DNA of 64,000 bases from contig JACPFM010000075.1 in the NCBI GenBank assembly GCA_016182965.1, forward strand, positions 4,687 through 68,686. The letters are read 5' to 3'. Shown one piece after another: positions 8,280-23,610 of this stretch. The notes beneath the pieces were generated by a model. The model was not told the origin of the DNA, ran no database searches, and saw only the letters and a list, made by a program, of their open reading frames with translations. Position 1 is the first letter of the stretch, and the number at the start of each line of letters is the position of its first letter. This stretch comes from Deltaproteobacteria bacterium (lineage in GTDB: Bacteria > Myxococcota_A > Polyangia > Polyangiales > JADJMO01). The position numbers and the translations under genes are program-made.

Positions 8280-9311
8280 CTACGTCCCCACGTCGACGTC
8301 GGCGAACAGGTTGTCGTCGATCACGATCTCTTCCATCATGCAAGGCGTCGGCTGCATATCGAGCGCGACGCGGTTGCCGGGCGGCGTGGCGGCGCGCGCG
8401 ACGGCGCGGGTGCCGATGAAGGACTCGCGGGGCGGCGCCGGCTCGCCCGTCGTGAGCGTGCGGATGGACGCAGGAGTCAGCGCGGCCGCCGGCGCGATGG
8501 ACGGCGCACGGCGCGCGACCTCGGGGACGGCCTCCTCGAAGCCCAGCGCCTTCTCCGCGGTGACGAAGATGCGCTGCAGCTCGCGCAGCGGGACGTGCGA
8601 GGCGATGACCCAAGGGGTGGCGAGCTCGAGCTCGTGACGCGCGTGGACCGGCTCGCGCGGGGCGGTCTTCTCGTGGAGGAGCCGCATCTCGTCGATCGCG
8701 ATGCGCACGTCGACGGGGATCGTCGAGTGCCAGACGCGACCGTCGATCGCGGTGCGCACGTCCCACGGCGTGAGGATCGGCTTGCGGGTCACGCCGTCCT
8801 CGCTCTTCTCCGCGATGAGGATCTGGATGAGCCAGCCCATCAGCTCCTGGTGCGCCTTGGTCTGCACGTCCCACGGGAAGCTCTCGCGGAACCGCTTCCA
8901 CAGCGCGGCGACCGGGCCGTAGACGACCTCGCTGCGCGGATCGAAGGCGGCCTCGAACGCGGCGCAGTCGATGTCGCCGGCGTCGAGCACCGCGTCGATC
9001 AACTGCGCCTGCGCGTCCGGCGTCAGCGCGCGCGCCGCCTTCGGCGCGAGCCCGGTCAGCTGGTGGGTGATCGTCTGGCGGAGATCCACGCGGTCGGCGA
9101 ACCACCTCATCCGCATCGCGCACGGGAAGCTCCCGCGCAGATGGGAGGCGCTCCACCAGGGCAGTTCGAGCGCGCGCAGCCTGCCGAGGACCTCGGCGAC
9201 GATCTGCAGCTTCGGTGACCGCGCGAGGTGCGCGCGCGCCTCGTCCCGGAGCGCGTCGTCGGTCTTCTTCGCGGCGTCTTGGTGCTTCAGCGCGTGCAGC
9301 GCGTCGTTCAT
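8280..9311 (-). CDS. hypothetical protein (343 aa)
   Basis: Good GC3 frame from the ATG at 9311 (MNDALHALKHQDAAKK...). No recognised motif. The N-terminal extension in the track ORF is Arg-rich junk. Confidence 0.6.
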   Translation of the reverse strand: MNDALHALKHQDAAKKTDDALRDEARAHLARSPKLQIVAEVLGRLRALELPWWSASHLRGSFPCAMRMRWFADRVDLRQTITHQLTGLAPKAARALTPDAQAQLIDAVLDAGDIDCAAFEAAFDPRSEVVYGPVAALWKRFRESFPWDVQTKAHQELMGWLIQILIAEKSEDGVTRKPILTPWDVRTAIDGRVWHSTIPVDVRIAIDEMRLLHEKTAPREPVHARHELELATPWVIASHVPLRELQRIFVTAEKALGFEEAVPEVARRAPSIAPAAALTPASIRTLTTGEPAPPRESFIGTRAVARAATPPGNRVALDMQPTPCMMEEIVIDDNLFADVDVGT

Positions 9312-9554
9312 GGAATTGGCCCCCCGGGACGGTCGGGGAGCAGCAATTGTGCAGATGAGTCGTGCCTGGTCCGTGGGACGCTTCACGGTCTCGTCCCGTA
9401 CGGCGGCTGCACGCGGCGAACGCACGGTCTCGCGCGTTCGCGGACGCGGTGTGTTCAACCGACCCTCCCGGTGCCAGCCCAACGCGAGACGGTGTGCGGC
9501 GCGCGCGCGGTGCGTGATCACCAACGCGGTGCGCGCGCGCGCTGCGCAGCGCCC

Positions 9555-9615
9555 GCGCGCGGTGCGCGATCACTCGCCCGCGCGCGGCGCAGTCACTCGC
9601 CCGCGCGCGGCGCGA

Positions 9616-9621
<6 letters not shown>
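9555..9621. repeat. three tandem copies of about 23 bp, CGCGCGCGG(Y)GC(R)(N)(A)TCACTC, plus a fourth diverged copy at 9503-9522
   Basis: Direct reading: copies at 9555, 9579 and 9602 with 23-24 bp spacing. Each contains the 10-bp palindrome CCGCGCGCGG. The last copy overlaps the 9616 stop codon. Confidence 0.6.
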
Positions 9622-11520
<1,899 letters not shown>

Positions 11521-11558
11521 CGTGGTGTCCTCGTCGAGGGGTGCTGTCGGATGTGCGG

Positions 11559-11650
11559 GGGTCGAAGGTCGAAGGTCGAAGTCGAAGTCGAAGGCGAAGG
11601 CGAAGGCGCTCGAGAGGTGCGGCTTCGACTGACGACTGACGACTGACGAC

Positions 11651-11652
<2 letters not shown>
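11559..11652. repeat. tandem heptamer/hexamer block (GGTCGAA)3(GTCGAA)2(GGCGAA)3, a 20-nt spacer, then (GACTGAC)3-4
   Basis: Direct reading. It is a chimera of one arm type from each of the two stem-loop families seen at 56041, 60024 and 62381. It sits inside the activase-dehydratase intergenic gap and abuts the 11651 stop. Confidence 0.8.
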
Positions 11653-15463
<3,811 letters not shown>

Positions 15464-15902
15464 CGATCCTCCTCGCCTCCACGCCCGAATCATGGGCACT
15501 GACACGTGAGTCCATTCCGCTTCCCCTGAGCTCGACCCCAGAGCGAGAAAACCCGCTCGATGGGCGGGGAGGGGCAGGAGATCGCGGACTAGACTGGCGT
15601 GTCAGTCCATTGTGGTAACGGGCGATCCGGTCTCTGGCAAGTCAGCTGATCGACGTCCGCTCGCGCGGCGGTGCGCGCGCGTGCGGGGCGCGTGCGGAGG
15701 CAAGTACGCGAAAAGCGCGCGGATCCGCTCAGCGCACGAGCGCGTCGAAGGCGCTCCGCGCATCGAGGTGCCTCGGCGACCTACCTCCGCTCATCGGGCG
15801 GCGGGTGCTCGAATAGGACGTCGGCGCGCGTCCGGCGCACGTGCTCGGACCGAAGCAGGGATACGCGGCAACCCGCCCGGGTGGTGGCCGCGCGCGGCGT
15901 GC

Positions 15903-16205
15903 TCAGTCGCCCCCGGCGTCGAGCGGCCCTTCTGGCGACGCACCGGCGTCGAGCTCCTTGAGCGACTGGCAGGCCGCCCAACCGCCGCCGAGGCAGCGCT
16001 GCTTGCCTTCGATGCAGTCGACGTAGCCCTCCCGCACGGCGACGGTGATCTTGCACTCGCGCATCTGACCGTCGACGCACTTGGAGGCAGTGGGCACCGG
16101 CGGCGCTCCGCCGCCCGTGCCTTGCGGTCTCGCGTCCTCGCCACCGCACGCGATGGTCGCGAAGAGCGCCGAGAGGAGGAGGGCCGTACGGACGAGACTG
16201 CGCAT
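15903..16205 (-). CDS. small Cys-rich lipoprotein (100 aa)
   Basis: MRSLVRTALLLSALFATIACGG signal peptide plus lipobox, with 6 Cys in the mature part. Confidence 0.6.
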   Translation of the reverse strand: MRSLVRTALLLSALFATIACGGEDARPQGTGGGAPPVPTASKCVDGQMRECKITVAVREGYVDCIEGKQRCLGGGWAACQSLKELDAGASPEGPLDAGGD

Positions 16206-16561
16206 GTCGAACCTGATCTCTACGGCGGCCGCCGGCGCGGCGCCACCCGACTCGATCAGATGCCGGATCGTCGCGCGCGCCGCTGCTCGATCGTCTCGGA
16301 GAGAGAGTCGATGTCGCTCTCTTCCGGTATCGCGCGTCTCGTCTCTACGTGAGAGACGGCTGATCACGATGACCGGCACGCGATCGTCGATGGGTGTAGA
16401 GGGCGACGGCCTCGCTGCCGCCCTCCGCCGCGTCGATACGGGAGCCGATGGCCTCGAGGGCGGGCACCGCGGCTCGGCGGACCCGGCTGTCGTCGACGAC
16501 CATCGGCGTCCCACGGGCCCACCACGGGGCCAGCCGGAGAAGGCGCTATCCTGAGCGCGCC

Positions 16562-17467
16562 ATGCGCTTCCGCCCATTCCTCATGGTCGTCGCCGCGCTC
16601 ACCTTCCTCTCGTCATGCTCCGACAAGGACGATGCGCCCGCTGCGCCCGCGGAGCGCCGCTGCGCGGCCGGCGAGAATCTGCAGGCGTGCGGCAAGAACC
16701 TGGTCATCGCTCACCGCGGCGGCGCGAAGCTGTGGCCGGAGGAGTCCCTGCTCGCCTTCCAGAACGCGGTCGCTTCCGGCTCCGACGTGCTCGAGCTCGA
16801 CGTGCACGGGACCAAGGACGGCAAGATCGTCTGCATCCACGACGAGGAGGTCGATCGGACGACCGACGGCACCGGCAAGGTGAAGGAGAAGACGCTCGCC
16901 GAGCTCCAGGCGCTCGATGCGGCGGCGAAGTTCTCGACCGACGGCGGTAAGACGTTCCCCTACAAGGGCACGGGGGTGAAGATCGCCACGCTGGAGGAGG
17001 TGCTGCGCGCGTTCCCGCAGATGCCCGTCAGCATCGAGATCAAGCAGTACACCCCGCCGATCGTCGACGAGGTGATCGCGATCGTCGAGGCCACGGGCAT
17101 GAGCGACAAGGTGCTCATCGCGTCGTTCGACGACGACACGATCCGCGCCGTGCGCGCGAAGCGCCCGAAGCTGCTGACCAGCTTCGCGATGGGCGAGATC
17201 CTCAAGTTCCTCAACCTCGACGAGGACGAGCTCGGCGACTACAAGCCGCCGGCCCCGGTGCTGCAGCCGCCGTACGAGTCGGTGAACCCCGCGCGCATGC
17301 GCATCGCCAACAAGCTCGGCATCCGCATCCACGCGTGGACGGTCGACGACAGCTACGACCAGGAGCGACTGTGGAAGCTCGGCGTGCACGGGATCATGAG
17401 CGACGATCCAGTGCTGCTGAAGAAGGTGACCAAGGACCTCGGCCTCGACGGCGACAAAGGGAGATGA
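16562..17467 (+). CDS. glycerophosphodiester phosphodiesterase family lipoprotein
   Basis: MRFRPFLMVVAALTFLSSCS lipobox. GDPD motifs: IAHRGG, LELDVHGTKDG, IHDEEVDRTTDG, HAWTVDD. Confidence 0.85.
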   Translation: MRFRPFLMVVAALTFLSSCSDKDDAPAAPAERRCAAGENLQACGKNLVIAHRGGAKLWPEESLLAFQNAVASGSDVLELDVHGTKDGKIVCIHDEEVDRTTDGTGKVKEKTLAELQALDAAAKFSTDGGKTFPYKGTGVKIATLEEVLRAFPQMPVSIEIKQYTPPIVDEVIAIVEATGMSDKVLIASFDDDTIRAVRAKRPKLLTSFAMGEILKFLNLDEDELGDYKPPAPVLQPPYESVNPARMRIANKLGIRIHAWTVDDSYDQERLWKLGVHGIMSDDPVLLKKVTKDLGLDGDKGR

Positions 17468-17525
17468 GGACGCGAAGGTGTCACGCGCGCCTGGCGCGAG
17501 GCGGGTCGAACGACCGCTCCCGCCG

Positions 17526-18317
17526 TCACCCGCCGCGACGTCGCAGCTCCTCCTGCAATCGGCGCAGCTCGGCCTCCGCGCGCTCGGCGCGCTCGGTCTC
17601 GCGCTGGGCGCGCTCGGTCTCGCGTTCGGCGCGCTCGGTCTCGCGCTCGGCGCGCTCGGTCTCGCGTTGGGCGAGCTCACGCTCTTGCGCGGCGCGCTCC
17701 CAGTCCTCGGGCAATGGGCGTCCGTCGGCGTCGACCCAGCGGAGCCAGGGCGCGTCGACGCCGCGGCGGACGCCGCGCACCACGCCGAGCCAGAGGCCGA
17801 GCGGCTCGCAGAAGACCCGCCCGTGCTCGTCGGGCGCGAGCGGCTCGTAGGAGCGCCGCCCGGCCGCGAGCCGGAACGCATCGAGCCTCGCGGAGAAGGG
17901 GTCGTAGATCGCGTAGAACGGCACGCGCAGCACCCGCGCGTACACGTCCTTCTTCGTGCCGCGGTCGACGGCTTCGGTCGACTCGGAGGTGATCTCGATG
18001 ATCACATCGGGTGTACGCCCGTCCTCCTCCCACACGACCCAGCGTTTGCGCTCCTTGCGGTCGGTCTCGAGCACGACGAACACGTCGGGGGCGCGGAAGT
18101 CGTTCCGGCGGGCCTGCGTCTCGCTGAAGTACAGGCCCATGTTCCCGGCGGCGTAGAAGTCGGTGCGATCGCGCCACGCGTCGATCAACGAGTCGACCAG
18201 CAGGTTCATCTGGTCGCGATGGCGCTGCGTCTCCATGGGCTCACCGTCGTCGCAAGGGAGGTCCTCGCCACGCGGGGGCTTCGGGTGGAACGACGCCGAC
18301 ATGCTTCGAGGATTCAT
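17526..18317 (-). CDS. Uma2 family (DUF820) putative endonuclease with a repeat-encoded coiled-coil tail
   Basis: Core: YFSETQARRNDFRAPDVFVV...WVVWEEDGRTPDVIIEITSEST...D..KKDVYARVLRVPFYAIYDP, typical of Uma2. C-terminal tail: (RETERAE)x5. Confidence 0.75.
   Translation of the reverse strand: MNPRSMSASFHPKPPRGEDLPCDDGEPMETQRHRDQMNLLVDSLIDAWRDRTDFYAAGNMGLYFSETQARRNDFRAPDVFVVLETDRKERKRWVVWEEDGRTPDVIIEITSESTEAVDRGTKKDVYARVLRVPFYAIYDPFSARLDAFRLAAGRRSYEPLAPDEHGRVFCEPLGLWLGVVRGVRRGVDAPWLRWVDADGRPLPEDWERAAQERELAQRETERAERETERAERETERAQRETERAERAEAELRRLQEELRRRGG
17589..17672. repeat. 4 x 21-bp in-frame tandem repeat GCGCTCGGTCTCGCG(Y)T(S)GGC
   Basis: Direct reading. It encodes the RETERAE/Q heptads of the Uma2 tail. 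Confidence 0.85.
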
Positions 18318-18357
18318 GACGGTCCGACACGCCGCAAGGTGGCGAGGCGGACGCTGG

Positions 18358-20907
18358 TCATGCGTGCGTCGTGCCGTCCGTCCGCGGGGCCATTCGCCCG
18401 ATGTTCTCAGCTCCCGACGAGCGGCGGACCTTCGGCTCCGCCGGCGGCCGCCGGCGTGACACCCACGCGAGCGCCGCCGGCAGCAGCGTGATCGCGGCGA
18501 CGAGGCAGGTGATCTCGCCGAGCACCGCGAGCACGCCGAAGAGGAACAGCGCCTGGTTCTGCGCGAGCAGGAGCGACGAGTAGCCGATGACGGTCGTCGC
18601 CGAGCACAGGGCGACGGCGCCGCCGGTCGAGGCCACCGCGGCCGCCGTGTCGCCGTCCTCGCGGAACCGCGACGCCACGTTGACCGCGTAGTCGACGCCG
18701 ATTCCGAAGGTGATCGGGTAGGCGATGAAGTTCGCGAAGTTGACCTTCACGCCGAAGGCGATGCCGAGGGCGGCGAGCCACGCGACGCCGGTGAGCAGCG
18801 AGGCGACGACCAGGCCGCTCGCCCGTCGCGCGCCGAACAGCGCCAACACCACGACCAGGACGCCGCCGAGAGCGGTCGCCGTCGCCCGCACGCCATCGCG
18901 GCGCATCGAGTCGACGATGTCGGCGGAGAGCGGGAGGGACCCGGCGACGCGCGGCGATCCGCTCGAGACCGTCGCCGACGAGACGCCGCGGATGGTGGAG
19001 ACCAACGCGCCGAGCTGCTCGCCTTGCCAGAGCGCGCGCGAGGGCACCGGGTAGACGACCACCGACTGGCCGAGCGTGCCGTCGCGCTCGCGGAGGCCGA
19101 TGGTGAACGTCGCCGGCAGGTTCGCGGCGCTGATCGCCTCGAGCGGGCCGCTGCCGAGGAAGCGCTCGATCGAGGCGCGGTGCTCCTCCGAGAGGTTCGC
19201 GCGGATGTTCGGCGTGAGCATCTTCCGGATGCCTTCGGCGAGCGCGATCTTCTTCTCCTGATCGGCCGGCAGCACGTCGTCGATCGTGCGGATCGAGGCG
19301 ATCATGCCCTGGAGCGGCGGACGCGTCGCGGCGTCTCGCAGCGCCTGGGCCACGCGACGCGCGTCGTCCGGCGCGTCGGTGAGCACCACCATCGGCGTGA
19401 GGTAGGTGCCGAGCAGCGCGTCCATGCGTCGACCCCACAGGCCTTCGCCCGAGGTCCACGTGTCGCGGCGGCGCAGCTTCGAGAAGTCGGTCTCCAGCTG
19501 ATGGGGGCCGATGTGCCGGAGCTCCACCGCCGCGGCGGCGAGCAGGAGCGCGCCCACGGTGACGAACACCCCCGGGCGTGCGGCGACGAGGCGCCCGAGC
19601 CGCTCCATCGCCCCGGTGCGACGCGACGGGCGGACGTGCTCGCCGCGATCGAGCCACAGCGTCAGCGGCGGGATGAGCACGAAGGCGGTGACCCAGGAGA
19701 TCACCATCCCGAGGCCGCCGATGTAGCCGAACTGCTCGAACCCGCGGAAGTCGGTGACGATCAGCGAGGCGTAGGAGACGGACGACGCGAGCGCGGCGGC
19801 CAGCGTCCCCGGTCGCGCGAAGGCGACCGCGGTGGTCAGCGCGTCGGCCGTCGCCACCCCGCGGCGGCGCTCCTCGACGTGCCGCGCCAGCAACATGATG
19901 CCGAAATTGATCCCGTTGCCGACGACGATCGATCCGAGGAACGCGGTGTTCGAGTTCAGCTCGGTCACGCGGAAGGGGGGCAGCGACGCGAGCGCGAACG
20001 CATACACCGTCGCGAGCAGCAGCGGCGCGAGCAGGACGAGGACGCTCCGCCACCAGCGGAAGTAGAGAACGAGCGACGCGATGACCAGGAGGGCGACCAC
20101 CACCGACGACAACGAGAGGTCGGCCATCAGCGCGCTGGTCTCCTCGACGGAGATGGCGACGTCGCCGGTGAACCCGAGGCGCATCCCGGGCGCGTAGCGG
20201 TCGGGCCCGCCGAGCGCCGCGAGATCGGCCTTCACGCGATCGAGCAGCTCCTGGCCCTTTCCGCGGCCGCCCGACGCCTCGGCGACCTCGATCAAGAGGA
20301 GGGTCGTCTTCTGCTCCGCGCTCGAGAACCGCCCGCGCTCGCTGCGTCGTCCGCCGGCGCGCGCCGCGTACTTCTTCTCGAGGTCGGCGAAGTCGAGCGG
20401 CGGCGGTCCCTCGTCCGACAGGAGCGAGCCGGTCTTCTTGGCGACCTCCCAGTCGCGCCGGTCTTCGAGCCGGTCGTGGATGGTCTGCAGGTCCTCGAGA
20501 TCGAGGTAGAGCGGCGCGTGCGACTCGAGGAAGGCGCGCTCCTCGGCGTCGCCGACGCGCACCGCGCGCACCAGCGCCTTCGGGTAGGTGCGCACCCGCG
20601 CGGCGAGATCGTCGAGGAGGCGCTCGCCGGCGGGGAGGTTCTGGGCGCCGCCCACGTCGACGATCACGCCGAGGTGCTGCAGGCCAGGCATGCGCGCCCG
20701 GAGCTCCTCGATGGCGTGCACGCTCGGCGCGTCGCGCGGCAGGAGCTGCTCGAGATCGCTGCGAAGGCTCGCGTACATCCGCGCCGTGCGCACCGTCGCC
20801 GGGATCGCGAGCAGCAGCGCGAGCATCCACAGGAGCCGACCGTGCCGCAGCGTCCAGGCGACGAACGCTCGCACCCGCGCCGAGGACCCTCTCACGGGAC
20901 TCCTCAC
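18358..20907 (-). CDS. MMPL/RND superfamily lipid transporter (HpnN-like)
   Basis: About 849 aa. Two hydrophobic bundles of 5-6 TM helices each follow large soluble loops. GTG at 20907 overlaps the pgpA stop (GTGA). It is the last gene of the lipid operon. Confidence 0.7.
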   Translation of the reverse strand: MRSPVRGSSARVRAFVAWTLRHGRLLWMLALLLAIPATVRTARMYASLRSDLEQLLPRDAPSVHAIEELRARMPGLQHLGVIVDVGGAQNLPAGERLLDDLAARVRTYPKALVRAVRVGDAEERAFLESHAPLYLDLEDLQTIHDRLEDRRDWEVAKKTGSLLSDEGPPPLDFADLEKKYAARAGGRRSERGRFSSAEQKTTLLLIEVAEASGGRGKGQELLDRVKADLAALGGPDRYAPGMRLGFTGDVAISVEETSALMADLSLSSVVVALLVIASLVLYFRWWRSVLVLLAPLLLATVYAFALASLPPFRVTELNSNTAFLGSIVVGNGINFGIMLLARHVEERRRGVATADALTTAVAFARPGTLAAALASSVSYASLIVTDFRGFEQFGYIGGLGMVISWVTAFVLIPPLTLWLDRGEHVRPSRRTGAMERLGRLVAARPGVFVTVGALLLAAAAVELRHIGPHQLETDFSKLRRRDTWTSGEGLWGRRMDALLGTYLTPMVVLTDAPDDARRVAQALRDAATRPPLQGMIASIRTIDDVLPADQEKKIALAEGIRKMLTPNIRANLSEEHRASIERFLGSGPLEAISAANLPATFTIGLRERDGTLGQSVVVYPVPSRALWQGEQLGALVSTIRGVSSATVSSGSPRVAGSLPLSADIVDSMRRDGVRATATALGGVLVVVLALFGARRASGLVVASLLTGVAWLAALGIAFGVKVNFANFIAYPITFGIGVDYAVNVASRFREDGDTAAAVASTGGAVALCSATTVIGYSSLLLAQNQALFLFGVLAVLGEITCLVAAITLLPAALAWVSRRRPPAEPKVRRSSGAENIGRMAPRTDGTTHA

Positions 20908-21368
20908 AGGACGCCCCCCATCCGCAGCGCGAGGACGAGCACGGCGACCCACGCGCCGGCCACGATGTCGTCGAGCACGACGCCGAACCCGCCCGGCAGC
21001 CGCTCGGCCGCCCGCGCCGGCCAGGGCTTCGCCCAGTCGAAGAGACGGAACGCGAGGAACGCGACCAGCACCGCGGGCCAGGTGGGCGGCGTGGCCGCGA
21101 GGGCGACGAGCATTCCCGCGACCTCGTCGATGACGACGTTCTGCGGATCGGTCTTGCCCGATGCGTCCTCGACGATGGTCGCCGCCCAGATCCCGACGAT
21201 CGAGATCAAGAGCGCGGCGCCGAGGAGCGAAAGCGGCCCCTGCGCGCGGAGGAGCAGGTAGACGGGGAAGGCGCCGACGGTCCCGACCGTGCCGGGGGCG
21301 CGCGGCGCGCGACCGCAGCCGAACCACTCGGCGAGCGTGAAAGCGACCTGCGTGCGCGTGGTGCTCAT
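20904..21368 (-). CDS. pgpA: phosphatidylglycerophosphatase A family protein
   Basis: 154 aa: FGCGRAPRAPGTVGTVGAFP...VIDEVAGM...FRLFDWAKPWP...LPGGFGVVLDDIVAG, the canonical PgpA motifs. ATGA overlap with the upstream gene. Confidence 0.8.
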   Translation of the reverse strand: MSTTRTQVAFTLAEWFGCGRAPRAPGTVGTVGAFPVYLLLRAQGPLSLLGAALLISIVGIWAATIVEDASGKTDPQNVVIDEVAGMLVALAATPPTWPAVLVAFLAFRLFDWAKPWPARAAERLPGGFGVVLDDIVAGAWVAVLVLALRMGGVL

Positions 21369-22273
21369 GTCGCCGCCTGCTCCCACCGCGCGGCGACGGA
21401 GCGCACCAGCGCGCGCGCGGCGACGGCGTAGGCGACGCCGAGCACCACGTCGATCACCCAGTGGTGATCGAGGTACACCGCCGCCACGCACATCGACGCG
21501 AAGTAGACGATCGTCGCCGCCCGCATCGCGCGCCCCAGTACCGTGCGTCCCTCGAGCACCACGAGCAGCGGATAGGTCACGTGCAGCGACGGAACGGCGC
21601 CGAACACGTTGGTCGACCGCGCGTACATCGACGCGAAGTACGGGAAGCCGAGGAGCCCGTCGACGCGCGTGAGGTTGGGGCCGGCGCTCGCGGGCTGCAG
21701 CGGATCGACCGCGCAGCCACGCAGGTGGAAGTACCAGGGCGGCGCGGCCGGGATCAGGCGGTAGGTGACGAACCCCGCCACGTTGAGGACGAGGAACATC
21801 CAACCGAACCGCCGGAACGCCGGCTGGTCCTTCTTGAACAGCCACGCCGCGAAGGCGATCGTCGCGAAGATGAACGTGCCGTAGGGAATCGCGAAGTAGA
21901 CGTCGAGCGCCAGGTGCGCGCGTGGCTGCAGCCAATCGTGCACGGTGCGCACCGCGCCGCCCTCCGACCAGCCGAACAGACGTGCCTCGAGCGCGTGCAG
22001 ATCGCAGAGGTGGACGCGATCTGCCGTCAGGGGTGAGGTGATCACGCGCATCGAGTCGTAGACGAGGGCGACGAGCGCGATCGGGTACAGCCCCGAGAGC
22101 AAGCGACGGGTCCACGGCGCCGCGAAGGCGAGCAGCGAAACGACCATGAGGAGCGCCACGTGATCGATGCGCAGCTCGCGGCGCACGAGCATGAAGACCG
22201 CCCACGCGGCGAACGGGAGCGGCGCCCACGCGTGCACGCCGAGTCGCCGCTCGTCTCGCGCCGTCGTCGTCAC
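21365..22273 (-). CDS. PAP2-superfamily membrane protein of the AUR1/inositol-phosphorylceramide-synthase-like type
   Basis: 302 aa, multi-TM. Motifs AVPSLHVTY and VYLDHHWVIDV match the PSLH and HHxxxD signatures of the AUR1-type PAP2 branch. GTGA overlap with the GtrA stop. Confidence 0.6.
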   Translation of the reverse strand: MTTTARDERRLGVHAWAPLPFAAWAVFMLVRRELRIDHVALLMVVSLLAFAAPWTRRLLSGLYPIALVALVYDSMRVITSPLTADRVHLCDLHALEARLFGWSEGGAVRTVHDWLQPRAHLALDVYFAIPYGTFIFATIAFAAWLFKKDQPAFRRFGWMFLVLNVAGFVTYRLIPAAPPWYFHLRGCAVDPLQPASAGPNLTRVDGLLGFPYFASMYARSTNVFGAVPSLHVTYPLLVVLEGRTVLGRAMRAATIVYFASMCVAAVYLDHHWVIDVVLGVAYAVAARALVRSVAARWEQAAT

Positions 22274-22689
22274 GTGGCCTCCGCCCGGAACACCCAGCGG
22301 CGACCCATCTCGAAGTTCCACAGGACACCGACCAGGGTCGCGACGACGAAGCGCGCGGCGAGGTAGCTGCCGAAGACCGGGAGCAGCGCCCGCTCGCCCG
22401 CCGCGTTGAGCGCGACGCTCACCGCCCACACGCTCGCATATCGCGCGGCCTGACCGGAGAGACGACCCTCGACGCCGAAGACCCAGCGCCGGCCGACTCC
22501 GAATGCGATGACGCCTCCGACGGCCGCGCCGAGCGCGGTCGCGAGCACCGGGCCGGCGGCGAGCAGCTCGACGAGCGCGATCATCACAGCCCAGTCGGCG
22601 CCCGTCGCCAGCAGCGATCCGAGCTGGTGCCGACCGAGGCGCGCGAGCCAGTCGGACGCGCCCCGTGGCGCGCTGCCGCCAACGATCAC
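22270..22689 (-). CDS. GtrA family membrane protein
   Basis: 139 aa, 4 TM. The C-terminal LWNFEMGRRWVF is typical of GtrA-like proteins. Confidence 0.7.
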   Translation of the reverse strand: MIVGGSAPRGASDWLARLGRHQLGSLLATGADWAVMIALVELLAAGPVLATALGAAVGGVIAFGVGRRWVFGVEGRLSGQAARYASVWAVSVALNAAGERALLPVFGSYLAARFVVATLVGVLWNFEMGRRWVFRAEAT

Positions 22690-23522
22690 GGAAGTCCCCG
22701 CGCGACGCCTTCGCGGCTCGGGGACGGCGCGGTCTCGGGCTGCACGCGCGCCGGCTGGGACTTCGCGACGGCACGCCCGAGCGCGATCAGCCGAGCGCCC
22801 GCCGAGGTGTGCGCCGCGAGCCCGATGATCACGCAGGCCGCGATCAGCGGCGCGTCGTAGGCGAACGGCACCGTCGGGAAGAGCCGCGCGGCGAACGGCG
22901 CGAGGCCGGCACCCGCTACGAGGTAGACCGCGCGCTCGGCGCGGCGCATCGATCCGCGCGGGACCATGACGCGCGCGCCCTCGGCCTTCGCCGACACGTA
23001 GCTGACCATCACCGCGCCGGAGCCCGCGCCGAGGACGGCGACGAGCGCGGGCAGCGAGCTGCGGAAGTGCACGACGAGCCCGCCGAGGAGCAGCAGCTCC
23101 ATGTACCGATCCGCGGCCGAATCGTAGATCGCGCCGTCGGCGGTCGGGCCGGTGGTGGCGCGGGCGACGACTCCATCGAGCGCGTCTGCCGCCGCCGCGA
23201 TCGCCGCGAACGCGGCGGCGAGGCCGAGCGCGCCGGCGGTCGCCGCGACGCCCGCGAACGCGGCGAGCCCGACGCCGGTCGCGGTGATCGCGTTGGCGGT
23301 GACGCCGATGCGCGCGAGGAAGCGGCCGACCGGTTCGAACGTGGCGTAGGCGGCCTCCATCGGCGTGCGGCCGAGGAACGGCGAGGTCCCGGCGCGCGCG
23401 ACGCGCTCGGAGCGCACCTCGCCGGCGCGCAGCACGCGAAACGCGTACCAGGTCGCGCCGGCGAGCGCGAAGAGGAACAGCGCGAGGCCAGCGGCGATAT
23501 CGATCTGTGCAAGGCTCGGCAC
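22686..23522 (-). CDS. CDP-alcohol phosphatidyltransferase family protein
   Basis: DALDGVVARATTGPTADGAIYDSAADRYME matches the DG(x)2AR(x)8G(x)3D(x)3D signature. Multi-TM. First gene of five overlapping genes. Confidence 0.85.
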   Translation of the reverse strand: MPSLAQIDIAAGLALFLFALAGATWYAFRVLRAGEVRSERVARAGTSPFLGRTPMEAAYATFEPVGRFLARIGVTANAITATGVGLAAFAGVAATAGALGLAAAFAAIAAAADALDGVVARATTGPTADGAIYDSAADRYMELLLLGGLVVHFRSSLPALVAVLGAGSGAVMVSYVSAKAEGARVMVPRGSMRRAERAVYLVAGAGLAPFAARLFPTVPFAYDAPLIAACVIIGLAAHTSAGARLIALGRAVAKSQPARVQPETAPSPSREGVARGLP

Positions 23523-23610
23523 CTCGCGTCGATGTCGTTTCCTTCGGTGGGGCTCACGCGCGAAGCGACTTTTTTCAATGCATGAGCTCGCAGCGCGCGA
23601 CCGCCGTGAT

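Noticed and set aside
15606-15622. Shared motif TCCAT(T/C)GTGGTAAC(G/C)GGC here and at 54548-54564 upstream of lpdA
   Set aside because: There are only two copies with 14-15 of 17 matches, and no credible plus-strand gene follows the first copy. This is insufficient to call a regulatory site.
15612-16352. 246-aa plus-strand ORF in the region between the activase gene and the GDPD gene
   Set aside because: It is Arg-rich and low-complexity, with poor GC3 pattern. It overlaps the better supported small lipoprotein gene on the minus strand. I treat 15464-15902 as intergenic.
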